Shown here: piece after piece, positions 9,387 to 20,237 of the stretch
How positions within the stretch are numbered: the stretch's first letter is position 1
How the letters are laid out: each line of letters begins with the position of its first letter
DNA from: Rippkaea orientalis PCC 8801
GTDB taxonomy: Bacteria > Cyanobacteriota > Cyanobacteriia > Cyanobacteriales > Microcystaceae
NCBI RefSeq assembly: GCF_000021805.1
Contig: NC_011726.1
Span: 2,510,097 to 2,574,096 of the forward strand
Length of the DNA: 64,000 nucleotides
Direction of reading: 5' to 3'
Made by a program: the position numbers and the translations under genes
Notes under the pieces: model-generated
The model's database searches: none
The model's input: only the letters and a program-made list of their open reading frames with translations
What the model was told of the DNA's origin: nothing

Positions 9387-11879
9387 ATGATTGCTTCTAA
9401 TTTTATTGTTACTGAACTGTTTCATCAAAGTGGAGAAGCAGGAGAAAGGGTTGTTTGGGAAGCGATACAAAGGGTATTTTATGGGCGAGAATGTCTGGCT
9501 TATTGGCGTTATCCTCTGTTTTTAGGAAAGGGAAAATTTCGCAAAGAACCTGATATTTTAATCGCCGATAGGGAACTGGGTTTAATTATTATTGAAGTTA
9601 AGTCTATTAAAATTAATCAGATTATTAGTATTCAAGGACATCGTTGGCAATATAAAAATTTTTATACTAAATTTGGCAATCCCTATCAACAAGCAGAAAA
9701 TCAGTTATTTGCTTTGTTAGATTATGCTAAAACCGAACCAAGTTTAGATAATCAAGTAACAGGTAGGGTAATGGTTGCTTTACCTTTAATTACTCAACAA
9801 CAATGGCAAGAAAAAGAGTTTGATAAACTTCCTAGTAATCCTCCAATTTTATTTAAAAATTCTCTAGACTCATCGGCTTTATTGTTTGAATTGATTGAAA
9901 AAACAACGCCTGTTCTTAAAAGAGAAAAATTGAGCAATCAACAATGGGAATTACTCACTTCTATTCTATCAGGAACACCTGTTTTAAGTCAACCCATTCA
10001 TCGGGTATTGAGTGGTTCTCAAAGTCGTGGCAAGGTTTTACAAGAATTGCGATCGCAGGTAAGTCAATTGGATTTACAACAGGAAAAAATTGCCAAACAA
10101 ATACCACCAGGGTGTCAAAGAATTAGGGGAATAGCGGGGTCAGGAAAAACGGTTTTACTGTGTCAAAAAGTGGCAATTATGCACCTTAAATATCCGCAGT
10201 GGAAAATTGCCTTTGTCTTTTTTTCGCGTAGTCTTTATGAGGAAATTACCACCCACATTGATCGCTGGATTCGCTATTTTAGTCATAATCAACAAGGCTA
10301 TGATCCCAATAATCGTAACTTACGGGTTTTTCATGCTTGGGGTTCAGAGAAAAAGTTGGGGTTTTATCGATTTGTTTCTCAAGTCTGTGGAAAAACGCCT
10401 TTAAGTGTTAATCAAACAACTCGACAAAAACCTAATGAAGCATTAGGAGAAGTTTGTTATGATTTATTGAATAAAACAGGCATTCCTCAGATTTTTGATG
10501 CTATTTTGATTGATGAAGGACAAGACTTAATGGTTGATCATTGGCACTATCAAGGTAAACAACCTTTTTATTGGTTAGCCTATCAATCTTTACGTCCAGT
10601 TAATTCTATCTATCCTGAACAAAAACGGTTAATTTGGGCTTATGATGAAGTCCAAAGTTTAGACAGTTTAAAAATGCCAACAGCTAGGGAAATGTTTGGA
10701 GAAGAATTAGGTCATTTAGTCACCGGAAAGCATTTTAATGGGATTAATAAAACTGAGGTAATGTGCCGTTGTTATCGAACGCCTCATCCGATTATTATTG
10801 CTGCTCACGCGATGGTAATGGGATGGTTACGTCCTGAAGGAATGTTAACGGGAATGAGGCATAAAGAAGAATGGCAAGCATTAGGCTATGAAGTTACGGG
10901 AGAGTTGATTTCAGGCAATAATATTATTATCAAAAGACCGAAAGAAAATTCTCCTAACCCTTTGCCTTATTTATGGAAAGATGATTTAATTAAGTTTGAG
11001 ATTTATTCATCAAGACAACAGGAAATGAGTGCTTTATATCGCCATCTTAAACACAATTTACGCCAGGATGGTTTACGTCCGAGTAAAGAGATTTTAGTGA
11101 TTGTTTTAGGAGAATTTTTTGAGGCAGCAAATTTACAAAAAAATATTGCTAATTTTTTAATCAGACAAGGAATTGATATTTTTATTCCTGGGACAAAAGA
11201 TTGTAATATTCTAACTCATGAAAGTGAGGAAAATTGTGATCAATTTTGGTGTGCTGGTGGGGTAACAATTTCGCGTATTTATCAAGCGAAGGGACAGGAA
11301 GCTGATCAAGTTTATATTATTGGATTAGATCACATTGCGGAAGAGGAAAGTAATTTATCGTTACGCAATCAATTATTTATTGCTTTGACGCGATCGCGGG
11401 GGTGGGTTAATATTAGTGGTATTGGCAATTACCCTCTTTATCAAGAATTACAAAATGTCTTAAACAATGGCGATACTTTTTCCGTTACGTTTGCTGAACC
11501 TCAACAACGAGAAATTATCGGAACCGATGAAGGAGAATTATTAAAAAGCTATAGTTTAGGGAGAAGAAATTTTGAACAAGCAGCGTTACAAAATGCACAA
11601 TTAAATAGAGTTAATTTAAGCGATATTAATCTCATTGGAGCAAATTTATCGGGAGCAAGATTTAACTATACTAATCTTAATCGTGCTAAATTAATAGCAG
11701 CGAATTTACAAGGGGCTGATTTAACAGGAGCCAGTTTAATTAAAGCTAAATTGATGGGGGCTAATTTAAAAGGAGCAAATTTACAAGAGGCTGATTTAAC
11801 ACAAGCAGATTTAAGTAATGTAGACTTAACAGGGGCATTAGTCGAACCAGAACAATTAGAAAAGGCTATTTTTGAATAA
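9387..11879 (+). CDS. NERD domain + SF1 (UvrD-like) helicase + C-terminal pentapeptide-repeat fusion protein
   Basis: N-terminal NERD signature EPDILIADRELGLIIIEVKS. Walker A GIAGSGKT and Walker B LIDEGQD. The C-terminal approximately 130 aa are A(N/D)LxGA pentapeptide repeats. Confidence 0.8.
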   Translation: MIASNFIVTELFHQSGEAGERVVWEAIQRVFYGRECLAYWRYPLFLGKGKFRKEPDILIADRELGLIIIEVKSIKINQIISIQGHRWQYKNFYTKFGNPYQQAENQLFALLDYAKTEPSLDNQVTGRVMVALPLITQQQWQEKEFDKLPSNPPILFKNSLDSSALLFELIEKTTPVLKREKLSNQQWELLTSILSGTPVLSQPIHRVLSGSQSRGKVLQELRSQVSQLDLQQEKIAKQIPPGCQRIRGIAGSGKTVLLCQKVAIMHLKYPQWKIAFVFFSRSLYEEITTHIDRWIRYFSHNQQGYDPNNRNLRVFHAWGSEKKLGFYRFVSQVCGKTPLSVNQTTRQKPNEALGEVCYDLLNKTGIPQIFDAILIDEGQDLMVDHWHYQGKQPFYWLAYQSLRPVNSIYPEQKRLIWAYDEVQSLDSLKMPTAREMFGEELGHLVTGKHFNGINKTEVMCRCYRTPHPIIIAAHAMVMGWLRPEGMLTGMRHKEEWQALGYEVTGELISGNNIIIKRPKENSPNPLPYLWKDDLIKFEIYSSRQQEMSALYRHLKHNLRQDGLRPSKEILVIVLGEFFEAANLQKNIANFLIRQGIDIFIPGTKDCNILTHESEENCDQFWCAGGVTISRIYQAKGQEADQVYIIGLDHIAEEESNLSLRNQLFIALTRSRGWVNISGIGNYPLYQELQNVLNNGDTFSVTFAEPQQREIIGTDEGELLKSYSLGRRNFEQAALQNAQLNRVNLSDINLIGANLSGARFNYTNLNRAKLIAANLQGADLTGASLIKAKLMGANLKGANLQEADLTQADLSNVDLTGALVEPEQLEKAIFE

Positions 11880-11901
11880 TGAACCATTAACCAGTCAAAA
11901 A

Positions 11902-13101
11902 TTAGAAAAAATCTGGCATCCAAGGAGTAGAACCTGAGAAAATAATTGTAGCAGCTTCAATAGCGTCTGGTGTTGCGTCAAGATCACCTAATAACTGAAG
12001 TTGAATTGGGGTAAATAAACCTGTATAAAGGGAAGCTAAACCCCGTATATTGAGGCGAAAATTGCATTTTCCTCCAGGGGTTACTTCCCCACATCCTTGG
12101 GAAACTCGCAAGCAAAATTTACCATTATTGGCAACAATTAGATCATCAGTTATTTCTAAGTGTAATTCTGTTTCTATGCCTTGAGGATAGCCTCGTTTTG
12201 ATAAGGCTAAAGGCACATTAACAACTCTTAACATCCAACGTTTTTGATACTTGATTTTAGCTGTTTGTTCAGGTAATAATAACAAAGTTGAATCCATCGG
12301 TGAACTTCGCCACTGTACTTGACTAGCCAAAGAACGATGAGCAGCCATAAAAGACCAGAAATGTTTAACTGAATCAGACGTTAATAACACCCAATCTTTG
12401 AGGATTAAATTTAATCCATTAGTTCCTTTTTCTTGAGTAAAAATAACATAACCTTCGGGTTGATTTTTCTCTCCAATAAGATAAGCATAGCTCTCTTGTT
12501 TACCTTGCACTTCTAGGGTTTTTTGCCAAATAGCAAAATTGCGATCTAAATTACCATTATTTTTTCTAGCTTGTTGTTGATAAATTGCTTCAAATTGTTC
12601 ATAATTAATAGGAGAAATAGACGTAATAGGGAGATTCTTCTCTGAAATTTGAATTGTATCAGTAGGTAACTCCCAAAGACAATAACTTCCCCCTTGTTCA
12701 TATCCAACTTTCCGATAAAGAACTTGAGTCGCTGGATAGAGGACAGAAATGGGATATCCTGAGTGATAAAGTTCCTCTAAGGTATGACTCAAAAGTTGGA
12801 ATGCAACTCCTTTTCCACGATGTTCTGGTGCAACTCCTACGGCAGCAATACCAGCCATTGGGATAAGATTTTCTCCATACCATTGTCCCATAAAATAAAT
12901 AGCTAAACCCGCAATTACTTGATCATTGTGATGAAGAATACGAAAATTTTGGCTACCAATACGATTAAAATAAGTTTCTGATTCTGTCAGAAATTCCGCA
13001 AAACATTGACTGATTAGTTTTTTAATTTGTTGTTCGTCTTCAGGATGACGCAGAGAACTGTAGTTAAGGGAGAATGTCATACCTTTCCAATCGTTACACA
13101 A
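11902..13101 (-). CDS. GNAT acetyltransferase, Eis-like two-domain architecture
   Basis: 399 aa. Acetyl-CoA binding-like motif VAPEHRGKGVAFQLL in the N-terminal half. Confidence 0.6.
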   Translation of the reverse strand: MCNDWKGMTFSLNYSSLRHPEDEQQIKKLISQCFAEFLTESETYFNRIGSQNFRILHHNDQVIAGLAIYFMGQWYGENLIPMAGIAAVGVAPEHRGKGVAFQLLSHTLEELYHSGYPISVLYPATQVLYRKVGYEQGGSYCLWELPTDTIQISEKNLPITSISPINYEQFEAIYQQQARKNNGNLDRNFAIWQKTLEVQGKQESYAYLIGEKNQPEGYVIFTQEKGTNGLNLILKDWVLLTSDSVKHFWSFMAAHRSLASQVQWRSSPMDSTLLLLPEQTAKIKYQKRWMLRVVNVPLALSKRGYPQGIETELHLEITDDLIVANNGKFCLRVSQGCGEVTPGGKCNFRLNIRGLASLYTGLFTPIQLQLLGDLDATPDAIEAATIIFSGSTPWMPDFF

Positions 13102-13108
13102 GATATTA

Positions 13109-14749
13109 TTAATTCGTAATTTTAGCTTGCTTGAGATTAATTGTCCAGAGCCAAGGATTACTTTCTCCTTGGTATGCTGGTTCTAGATTATATTTTTGAC
13201 TCAGTTTTTGTTGTACTTCTTCTTGGGGTTTAAATAAGAGCAAATCATTAGAGTCTTCTAATAATTGGTCTAAGTTACTATTTTCATTAAGATAGACAAA
13301 ACGAACGTTAGGATTGAGTTTATAGCTCCATCCTAATAAAACATGAGTGTTCCAATTTCCATTAACATCTTGATAATCATTCCACACAATAATCGGATTT
13401 TTAGCTGCATTTACAGTCTGAACAACTTGGGGTGCTTGAATGATGGAACTAGGCAAATTAACCCACCAAATTTGAGCTTGAGAACTGATGCTACAGGAAA
13501 TAATTCCTAAGCCAATTAATGTCATAAATATCATGGCAAAAACATTGTTCTTTTGGTTTATTTTCTGAGCCAAAAGATAGGCAATAGATATCTGAATACC
13601 TAGATAAACTGGGATATAATATCGAGCTTCCATTTGATTAGGAATTAAACGCACTATTCCGCCTAATAATAGACCTGTTACTGCTATTAATGATAAAACA
13701 AAAAGCCATTGTTCTCGATCAGATTTTTGAATCAAATATAAGAGAGAATAGATAATGAGAACTAACAAAAGTGCTACTAATAACAGTTGACTAATAGTCG
13801 TGAGTAAACTATTAGATTCAAAACGCACAATACCTCCAAGATTATGGGTATCCACAAACACCTTACTAACTCGAAATAAGTGCATTTTAATCACTTGAGA
13901 TAATTTCCAAAACCTAAAGTTTCCGATTGAGCCACTTTTAGTATTATATGAAATAGCTGTGGATAGCCATAGTAAACCAGCCGTAGATGTTACCAAAGTA
14001 GATACAATAAAAGATAAAAATACTCTAGTTAACTTGAATCTTTCTAAGAATAAGACATAAATAAAGTGACTAACTATGACTAAACTCATAAAAATATGTG
14101 TATAGAAACCAAACAAGCAAGCTAATGTGTATAAAATCCAATTGAAAAGTGTCTTTTTTTTCAGCACTTTTAATAGCAAAAAACTAGATAATAAAACCAT
14201 TACGGTAAATAAACTATACGGTCTAGCATACTGACCATATAACACATGAAATGGAGAAATAGCCATTAAAGCAACAGCGATTAAAGCAGCTTTTTTTGAA
14301 TTAAATAATTCTTGGCAGAGTAGATACATTAAAAATAAAGCTAAGACACTTAAAAAAGCTGAAAAGGCTCGGGTTGCTGCCACATTATTTAAAGTATGGT
14401 TAAAAAATTGTACCCAGAATCGAGCTAAAATAAAATAAATGGGAGCTTGATGAGGATCTTCTTTAGATAAACCAGAAATAATTTGTGAGGTTCCCTTATC
14501 TGAATTGGGATGTTGATATTTCTGAAAATCTACTAGATCAAAAGCTGCATTTTTACTAGCAAGTTCACTGAACATTTCACTAGCAGCATAGCCTGAAACC
14601 CTTAATGAAGTATGAGTTTCATCGTAAGAATAAAATTTCTTATCTAAATGATAAAATCGAAAGAATATCCCTAAAACTAAGGATAAACAGATAAGGAAAA
14701 TGATTAAAAAATCAAAACTTAATTTAATGGATAATCGGGAAATCTTCAT
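13109..14749 (-). CDS. GT-C superfamily glycosyltransferase (ArnT/PMT-like, GT39/83 type) membrane protein
   Basis: 546 aa, polytopic. Early loop carries a YDETH (DE-type) motif. Hydrophobic helices throughout. Confidence 0.6.
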   Translation of the reverse strand: MKISRLSIKLSFDFLIIFLICLSLVLGIFFRFYHLDKKFYSYDETHTSLRVSGYAASEMFSELASKNAAFDLVDFQKYQHPNSDKGTSQIISGLSKEDPHQAPIYFILARFWVQFFNHTLNNVAATRAFSAFLSVLALFLMYLLCQELFNSKKAALIAVALMAISPFHVLYGQYARPYSLFTVMVLLSSFLLLKVLKKKTLFNWILYTLACLFGFYTHIFMSLVIVSHFIYVLFLERFKLTRVFLSFIVSTLVTSTAGLLWLSTAISYNTKSGSIGNFRFWKLSQVIKMHLFRVSKVFVDTHNLGGIVRFESNSLLTTISQLLLVALLLVLIIYSLLYLIQKSDREQWLFVLSLIAVTGLLLGGIVRLIPNQMEARYYIPVYLGIQISIAYLLAQKINQKNNVFAMIFMTLIGLGIISCSISSQAQIWWVNLPSSIIQAPQVVQTVNAAKNPIIVWNDYQDVNGNWNTHVLLGWSYKLNPNVRFVYLNENSNLDQLLEDSNDLLLFKPQEEVQQKLSQKYNLEPAYQGESNPWLWTINLKQAKITN

Positions 14750-14755
14750 AATAAT

Positions 14756-16210
14756 TTAATCCAAATTTGGCGAAATATGTAATGTCTTTTTGTAATTTTT
14801 ACAAACCTGTAGCCAGAGATAAAAAAGAAAACCTAAAAGTAAAAAATGAATACCTCCTAAAAATTCATGTTTTTGCAATAAAATAAGAAATTTTGGCAAA
14901 TTCCCAATTCTTGAATAAACAAAGCATCCATAGGCAAAAGCTGCTAAGAAACATAATAACGTTGAATGCCATGAGAATACTATCTTATTAGTGTAAAACC
15001 AAATCACTGCCATTAGCAAAGACGGATATCCTAAATATAGGTAACGTTCATGGGTTCCACTTAACAAAACATTAAACCCAAGATGGCAAAGACCGTGAAA
15101 GAACAATAATATAGCTATAAGATAATCATTTAATTGATATAGATTTTTGTTCATAATATTTTGTTGCAAAACCCGTAAAACATTTCGGTAAAATGTAAAC
15201 AATAGAAAAATTATAAACATTGAATATAAAAACAATCCTGTTTTAAAAGGAGTTAGAGAACTTTTCCAATTGCCAATATTAAAAGTCAAAAATGGAACGA
15301 GAGAAGAACTTCCTCTAGGTCGTCCAAGAAAGATCCAAATATTAAATCCATTACCAGCAATTTTTTTGATCAAGTTGCTAGCTGGGCCTGTCCAAATCAA
15401 CCAATAGCTTGAATGATGAAATTCCCTGACTACTAGGAAAAAACTATCCAAATAAAGGAAAGACAATGTCAATAAAATTAAGGCTGAAAGCACCCAAAAA
15501 ATACATCGATAACCAAAATTAGTCCAGAATTGTACTACTGTTACCACAAAAACTAGCAAAAAGAAAGGTAATGAAAAAATATTCCACTGCTTTGTTAAAA
15601 TAAAGATTGATAAGAGTGGAGTTCCTAAAAGTAACCAAACTCCGCTTTTCCAAGCTTTTTTATTGTGGCTATTAGTTTGTTTTTTTGTCCATGATTTTAG
15701 AAAAAATATAGTAGAAGCTAAGCAAAAAAATAAGGAAATACCCTCAATTTGACCCCACACAGAACTGCCTGCCCAACTAGATGGTATAATAAGGACTATG
15801 AAGGCAAAAACAATTGCTAAGCGAAGATGGATCATTTTGGCAAGATAAATCCATAACAGAAAATTTAAACTATCAAAAAAAGCAAGAAAATAGCGAAAAA
15901 CTGATGCTACAGTATGCCGATCATTAATTGACAAAAGAGATTTGATTCCCTGGATGACTCCCGCACTAAATATTAGTGCACCAGAGGGATAAACTAACGT
16001 AGTAGGACATTCTAAATAAATTTCCTGACCCCAACAACTTGCCCAATCTTCAAAGACTCCTACATCATAACGACTATATGAATCTAAAAATGTTACTAAA
16101 ATAAACGGTAAAATGATTCCTAAAATAATTAAAAGAATATCAAAATTTTTTGGGTTCCATTGTTCTTGATTAATGGGTAAACGATTTAATACCATCTTAA
16201 TATTTTGCAT
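14756..16210 (-). CDS. Polytopic integral membrane protein of unknown function, possibly glycosyltransferase-related
   Basis: 484-aa ORF with more than 10 hydrophobic segments. Co-oriented and tightly spaced with flanking genes. No recognisable catalytic motif. Confidence 0.55.
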   Translation of the reverse strand: MQNIKMVLNRLPINQEQWNPKNFDILLIILGIILPFILVTFLDSYSRYDVGVFEDWASCWGQEIYLECPTTLVYPSGALIFSAGVIQGIKSLLSINDRHTVASVFRYFLAFFDSLNFLLWIYLAKMIHLRLAIVFAFIVLIIPSSWAGSSVWGQIEGISLFFCLASTIFFLKSWTKKQTNSHNKKAWKSGVWLLLGTPLLSIFILTKQWNIFSLPFFLLVFVVTVVQFWTNFGYRCIFWVLSALILLTLSFLYLDSFFLVVREFHHSSYWLIWTGPASNLIKKIAGNGFNIWIFLGRPRGSSSLVPFLTFNIGNWKSSLTPFKTGLFLYSMFIIFLLFTFYRNVLRVLQQNIMNKNLYQLNDYLIAILLFFHGLCHLGFNVLLSGTHERYLYLGYPSLLMAVIWFYTNKIVFSWHSTLLCFLAAFAYGCFVYSRIGNLPKFLILLQKHEFLGGIHFLLLGFLFYLWLQVCKNYKKTLHISPNLD

Positions 16211-16232
16211 TTAAAAATAGGTTTCAAATCAA

Positions 16233-19200
16233 TTACTTAATTATTGTACCTTGAAAGCTGACAATTTTCCAGGGGTCAACTTGGGAAAATTCAGCAAGAG
16301 GTTCTTCTAAAAGGTTGACTGAGTCAGTTAGCTGTAAGTTTAGGTTATTTTCTAGGCACATTTGAGCAATTTTCCCCTCAGATTCATAACAGCGTAAGAT
16401 CCAGTAGCTAGCGTTATCTTCACTCGGTTTAAAAGCGGATAAAATTAAATTATCTGACTTGAACTTTAAGAAGTAATTAATTGAGGGTAATTTATGACTA
16501 GATTTTGTCGAAACTTGTGGCAAATAAACGAGATCTAACGGGATGTTTAATTCGTATCCTTGTTGGACTGTTTTCGCTTCTTTCCAATTGCCTTGATGGG
16601 GGTAAATAGCATAGGTAAAATGATGTAACCCGCGATCGCATTCAGGATCAGGCCATCGAGGACTTCTTAATAGGGTGAGTCTCAGGCGATCGCATTGACT
16701 GTCATAGCCATATTTACAGTCATTTAATAAACTTACACCATAATCTTGAGATGGGTCACTAATATCTGCCCATCTTAAAGCAGGAACTTCCCATTTAGCC
16801 TTTTCTTCTGGGGTTTCGGGGTTATTATTTCGTTCAATAGCAGCAAAAGGAATTTCATAGGTTGTATTGTTATTGGCTATGGTTAAGGGAAAGGATGCTT
16901 TAATTAATACATGGGTTTCTTGCCAATTAACTTGGGTTTTAATTTTGAAAAGTTTTGAATGAATTTGTAAAATATAATCTTGACAAAATTCTGATTTTCT
17001 GAATTGTCGAATTACCCTTATTTTCCATTGAATCGGACCTACTTCTAAATATTCAATTGATTTTAATTGAGTTCCCTCTAAAGGATAATTATTATAATTC
17101 GGATCGATATTCCAAGCATCCCAATATTGTCCTTGATCTTGAAATATTTGAAGTTGGTTAGCTTTTCCTTTAATAACTTCTTTTTGATTTACTTTGTCAA
17201 AAATACTGTCTATATCTCCTGTTTTACTGTTAATAATAACTTTTAAATATTGGTTTTCTAAAATATAGTCTTGAGGATAAGATAGAACAACATTGTTAAC
17301 TAAATTTTTCCCAGGACATAACCAAAAGACTCGATAACCAATTGAGGGAATATTTTCAGCTAAAAATAGTAGGTTATTTTCTGAGGATAACTGAGAAGTT
17401 AATAGATGTCCTTCTAGATTATAAACTTGGCAATTTTCGGCTGCTTTAGAACATTCTACAACTTGCGATCGCTGCCAATTTAGAGAGTTAAAAACCACTA
17501 AAGGGATAGCGTTAGCTTGAGGGGGTTGTGGTAGACTAATTTGAGACGCGATCGCTTCTAAAGACTCATTTAAGATATTTTGACCTATCGCTTGAACTTG
17601 TTGCCAATCTTCATTCGCTTGAACAAAGACTTCTGTAATAGAAGTTCCTGGTAAGATATCATGAAATTGATTAAACAAAACTTTTTTCCAAGCTTCTTCT
17701 AATAATTTTTTACTTGCACAATTATTAGTTTTTTCTAAAACAATTGTTGTAATCGATGACCATAATTCTGCTTTATATAATAAGTCTTCGCTACGACGAT
17801 TAAACCATTTTTGATCAGCATGAGTTGTATAACACCCTCGATGAAAATCGAGATAAAGTTCATCTTTCCAAATAGGTATCTCTTCTGTTACATGGCTGAT
17901 TTTGTTTAAATAATCTATCGCTTTACTAAACTGTGATTGAGGAAAAAATGGGGATTTTTGCCACTGCTTTTGTACCGCTAACATATCACGAGTAGGACCT
18001 CCTCCATGATCGCCAACTCCAGGCAACCAAAAAGCTTCTTTTAAACCCGTTTGTTGTGCCCAATCAATGGCATAATTGGTCATGATAATAGGGTTGGTAT
18101 CCATTACTCCAGCTACATTAGGAGGGGAAACTAAGGTTAATAATTGAGTTCCGTCAGGAGATTCCCATTTAAAAAATCCGTGAGAAAATTTAACCGTTGC
18201 ATTCCAATGAAGTTTCCCCGTAACAAAATATTTAATCCCACTTTGTTGTAAAATCTGAGGTAATTGCCAACAAAAACCAAAGCTATCAGGAAGCCAAGCA
18301 ACTTGACTAATTTCTCCGAATTTATTGTTAAAATATCTCTGTCCATAAAGGAGTTGTCTAACTAAAGACTCACCGGAAACTAAATTCACATCGGGTTCAA
18401 CCCACATCCCTCCTAAAAGTTCCCATTTCCCTGCTTTAAAAGCTTGTATAATCTTATCAAAAAGGTCAGGACGATAGTTTTCTATCCATTCATAAAGAAC
18501 AGGACTTGTATGGCCAAATATTAGGATAGGAAAGTCTTTTTGTAAGTTAATAACTGAGGTAAATGTCCGTTGTGCAGCATCCCAAGTTTCATTAACTGGC
18601 CACAACCAAGCCATATCTAAATGGGCATGACCTAGTAAATTTAGAGAGCTTTGTTTGATATAATTAGCTAAGGGGAGAATCTTTTCACGCAGATCAAGTA
18701 AACATCGATCAAACTTACTTGCGTCAGATACTAATTTCCAATTAATTTGATTAATAACTTGATTAAGTATTTGCAGTTTTTCAGGCTCAAAAGCACTTAA
18801 ATAATTATATAAAATCGTTAATTCATCTGCGACAAAACCCGGATCAATAACTAACGTATTAAAATCATCATCAACAGTTAAGTTACTCTCTCTCTCATAA
18901 ATCAATCTAGACTTCATTAATCCCCCAATATCATGACCAGGACTAACTAAGCGTAAAAGAACTAAAATCTCTTCTCCTGGTTGTACTGATGAGGTTAATA
19001 AAATTCTTGAGGAAGAATCAAATAAATCTCCCTCTTGAACTAACTGATTATTCACAAAAATTTTAGCATCTTCAGCCCACCAAGTTAAGGCTAATCTTAA
19101 AGTCAGTCCCGCTAAAGGATACCCCTTTAAATGGTCAGGGATAATGAATTTTTGACCTAACCATTTAACTTGTTTTCCTGCTGGCCAAATAATGTATCCT

Positions 19201-19337
19201 TTCTCATTAAGCTCTCCTTTTTCCCAAGCATCAAGATTGATTGAATTAAAATCAATTTCGTCCCCAGTATGAACCCAACCTATTTGGACATCTGTTTGAG
19301 TTAGTTGTCTTAATTGATCAATTGTTTCAAGAATCAT
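16233..19337 (-). CDS. Glycoside hydrolase family 38 alpha-mannosidase
   Basis: 1034 aa. GH38 N-terminal motif GHAHLDMAWLW. Overall size is typical of GH38. Confidence 0.85.
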   Translation of the reverse strand: MILETIDQLRQLTQTDVQIGWVHTGDEIDFNSINLDAWEKGELNEKGYIIWPAGKQVKWLGQKFIIPDHLKGYPLAGLTLRLALTWWAEDAKIFVNNQLVQEGDLFDSSSRILLTSSVQPGEEILVLLRLVSPGHDIGGLMKSRLIYERESNLTVDDDFNTLVIDPGFVADELTILYNYLSAFEPEKLQILNQVINQINWKLVSDASKFDRCLLDLREKILPLANYIKQSSLNLLGHAHLDMAWLWPVNETWDAAQRTFTSVINLQKDFPILIFGHTSPVLYEWIENYRPDLFDKIIQAFKAGKWELLGGMWVEPDVNLVSGESLVRQLLYGQRYFNNKFGEISQVAWLPDSFGFCWQLPQILQQSGIKYFVTGKLHWNATVKFSHGFFKWESPDGTQLLTLVSPPNVAGVMDTNPIIMTNYAIDWAQQTGLKEAFWLPGVGDHGGGPTRDMLAVQKQWQKSPFFPQSQFSKAIDYLNKISHVTEEIPIWKDELYLDFHRGCYTTHADQKWFNRRSEDLLYKAELWSSITTIVLEKTNNCASKKLLEEAWKKVLFNQFHDILPGTSITEVFVQANEDWQQVQAIGQNILNESLEAIASQISLPQPPQANAIPLVVFNSLNWQRSQVVECSKAAENCQVYNLEGHLLTSQLSSENNLLFLAENIPSIGYRVFWLCPGKNLVNNVVLSYPQDYILENQYLKVIINSKTGDIDSIFDKVNQKEVIKGKANQLQIFQDQGQYWDAWNIDPNYNNYPLEGTQLKSIEYLEVGPIQWKIRVIRQFRKSEFCQDYILQIHSKLFKIKTQVNWQETHVLIKASFPLTIANNNTTYEIPFAAIERNNNPETPEEKAKWEVPALRWADISDPSQDYGVSLLNDCKYGYDSQCDRLRLTLLRSPRWPDPECDRGLHHFTYAIYPHQGNWKEAKTVQQGYELNIPLDLVYLPQVSTKSSHKLPSINYFLKFKSDNLILSAFKPSEDNASYWILRCYESEGKIAQMCLENNLNLQLTDSVNLLEEPLAEFSQVDPWKIVSFQGTIIK

Positions 19338-19458
19338 GATTTTAAGTTGGTTTCAGAAATGTTAATTGAGTTAAAATTCCTTGACAAAATTCCCATTATC
19401 TTAAATTTATCTTATAATAAAAATGTTATTGAACATCAGAAAATTAAGAGATAACTAT

Positions 19459-20232
19459 ATGGAAATTAAACGACTTCCTGCGCTATCGGATAACTATATC
19501 TTTTTGCTTTATGATGCAGATACCCAGACAGCGGCCGTTGTTGATCCGGCTGAACCTACCCCCGTTTTAGAGTGTTTAAATAAGCTAGGGGCACAATTGG
19601 TGGCTATTTTTAATACCCATCACCATTATGATCATGTTGGGGCAAATAATCAACTACAGCAATATTTTCCTAACCTGTGTATCTATGGGGGGAGTGAAGA
19701 TCGTGGTAGAATTCCTGGTCAACAGGTATTTTTAAAAGAAGGCGATCGCGTTGAATTTGGTCAGCGAGTCGGTGAAGTCCTCTTTGTTCCAGGCCACACT
19801 CGTGCCCATATAGCCTATTATTTTCCCCCAAAATTGTCCCAAGAAACAGGTGAATTATTCTGTGGTGATACTTTATTTGGGGGAGGGTGTGGTCGTTTAT
19901 TTGAAGGGACTCCAACCCAGATGGTAAATTCATTAACGAAACTGCGAAATTTACCGGATAATACTCGTGTTTGGTGTGCCCATGAATACACCTTAAAAAA
20001 TCTTCAATTTGCCTTAACCGTTGATCCTGATAATTTAGTCTTAAAAAATCGTTATCATCAAGTCAAAGAATTTCGTCATCAAGGACAAGCAACCGTTCCC
20101 TCAATACTAGGAGAAGAAAAACTAACTAATCCTTTTTTAAGATGGGATAATTCAGCAATACAATTAACCATCGGGATGACCGATCCAGCGCGAGTTTTTG
20201 GTAAACTTAGAGGGATGAAAGATACATTTTAG
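19459..20232 (+). CDS. gloB: Hydroxyacylglutathione hydrolase (glyoxalase II)
   Basis: Metallo-beta-lactamase motif THHHYDHVGAN. 257 aa from ATG 19459. The track ORF begins at 19423 in the same frame. Confidence 0.85.
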   Translation: MEIKRLPALSDNYIFLLYDADTQTAAVVDPAEPTPVLECLNKLGAQLVAIFNTHHHYDHVGANNQLQQYFPNLCIYGGSEDRGRIPGQQVFLKEGDRVEFGQRVGEVLFVPGHTRAHIAYYFPPKLSQETGELFCGDTLFGGGCGRLFEGTPTQMVNSLTKLRNLPDNTRVWCAHEYTLKNLQFALTVDPDNLVLKNRYHQVKEFRHQGQATVPSILGEEKLTNPFLRWDNSAIQLTIGMTDPARVFGKLRGMKDTF

Positions 20233-20237
20233 AAGCG

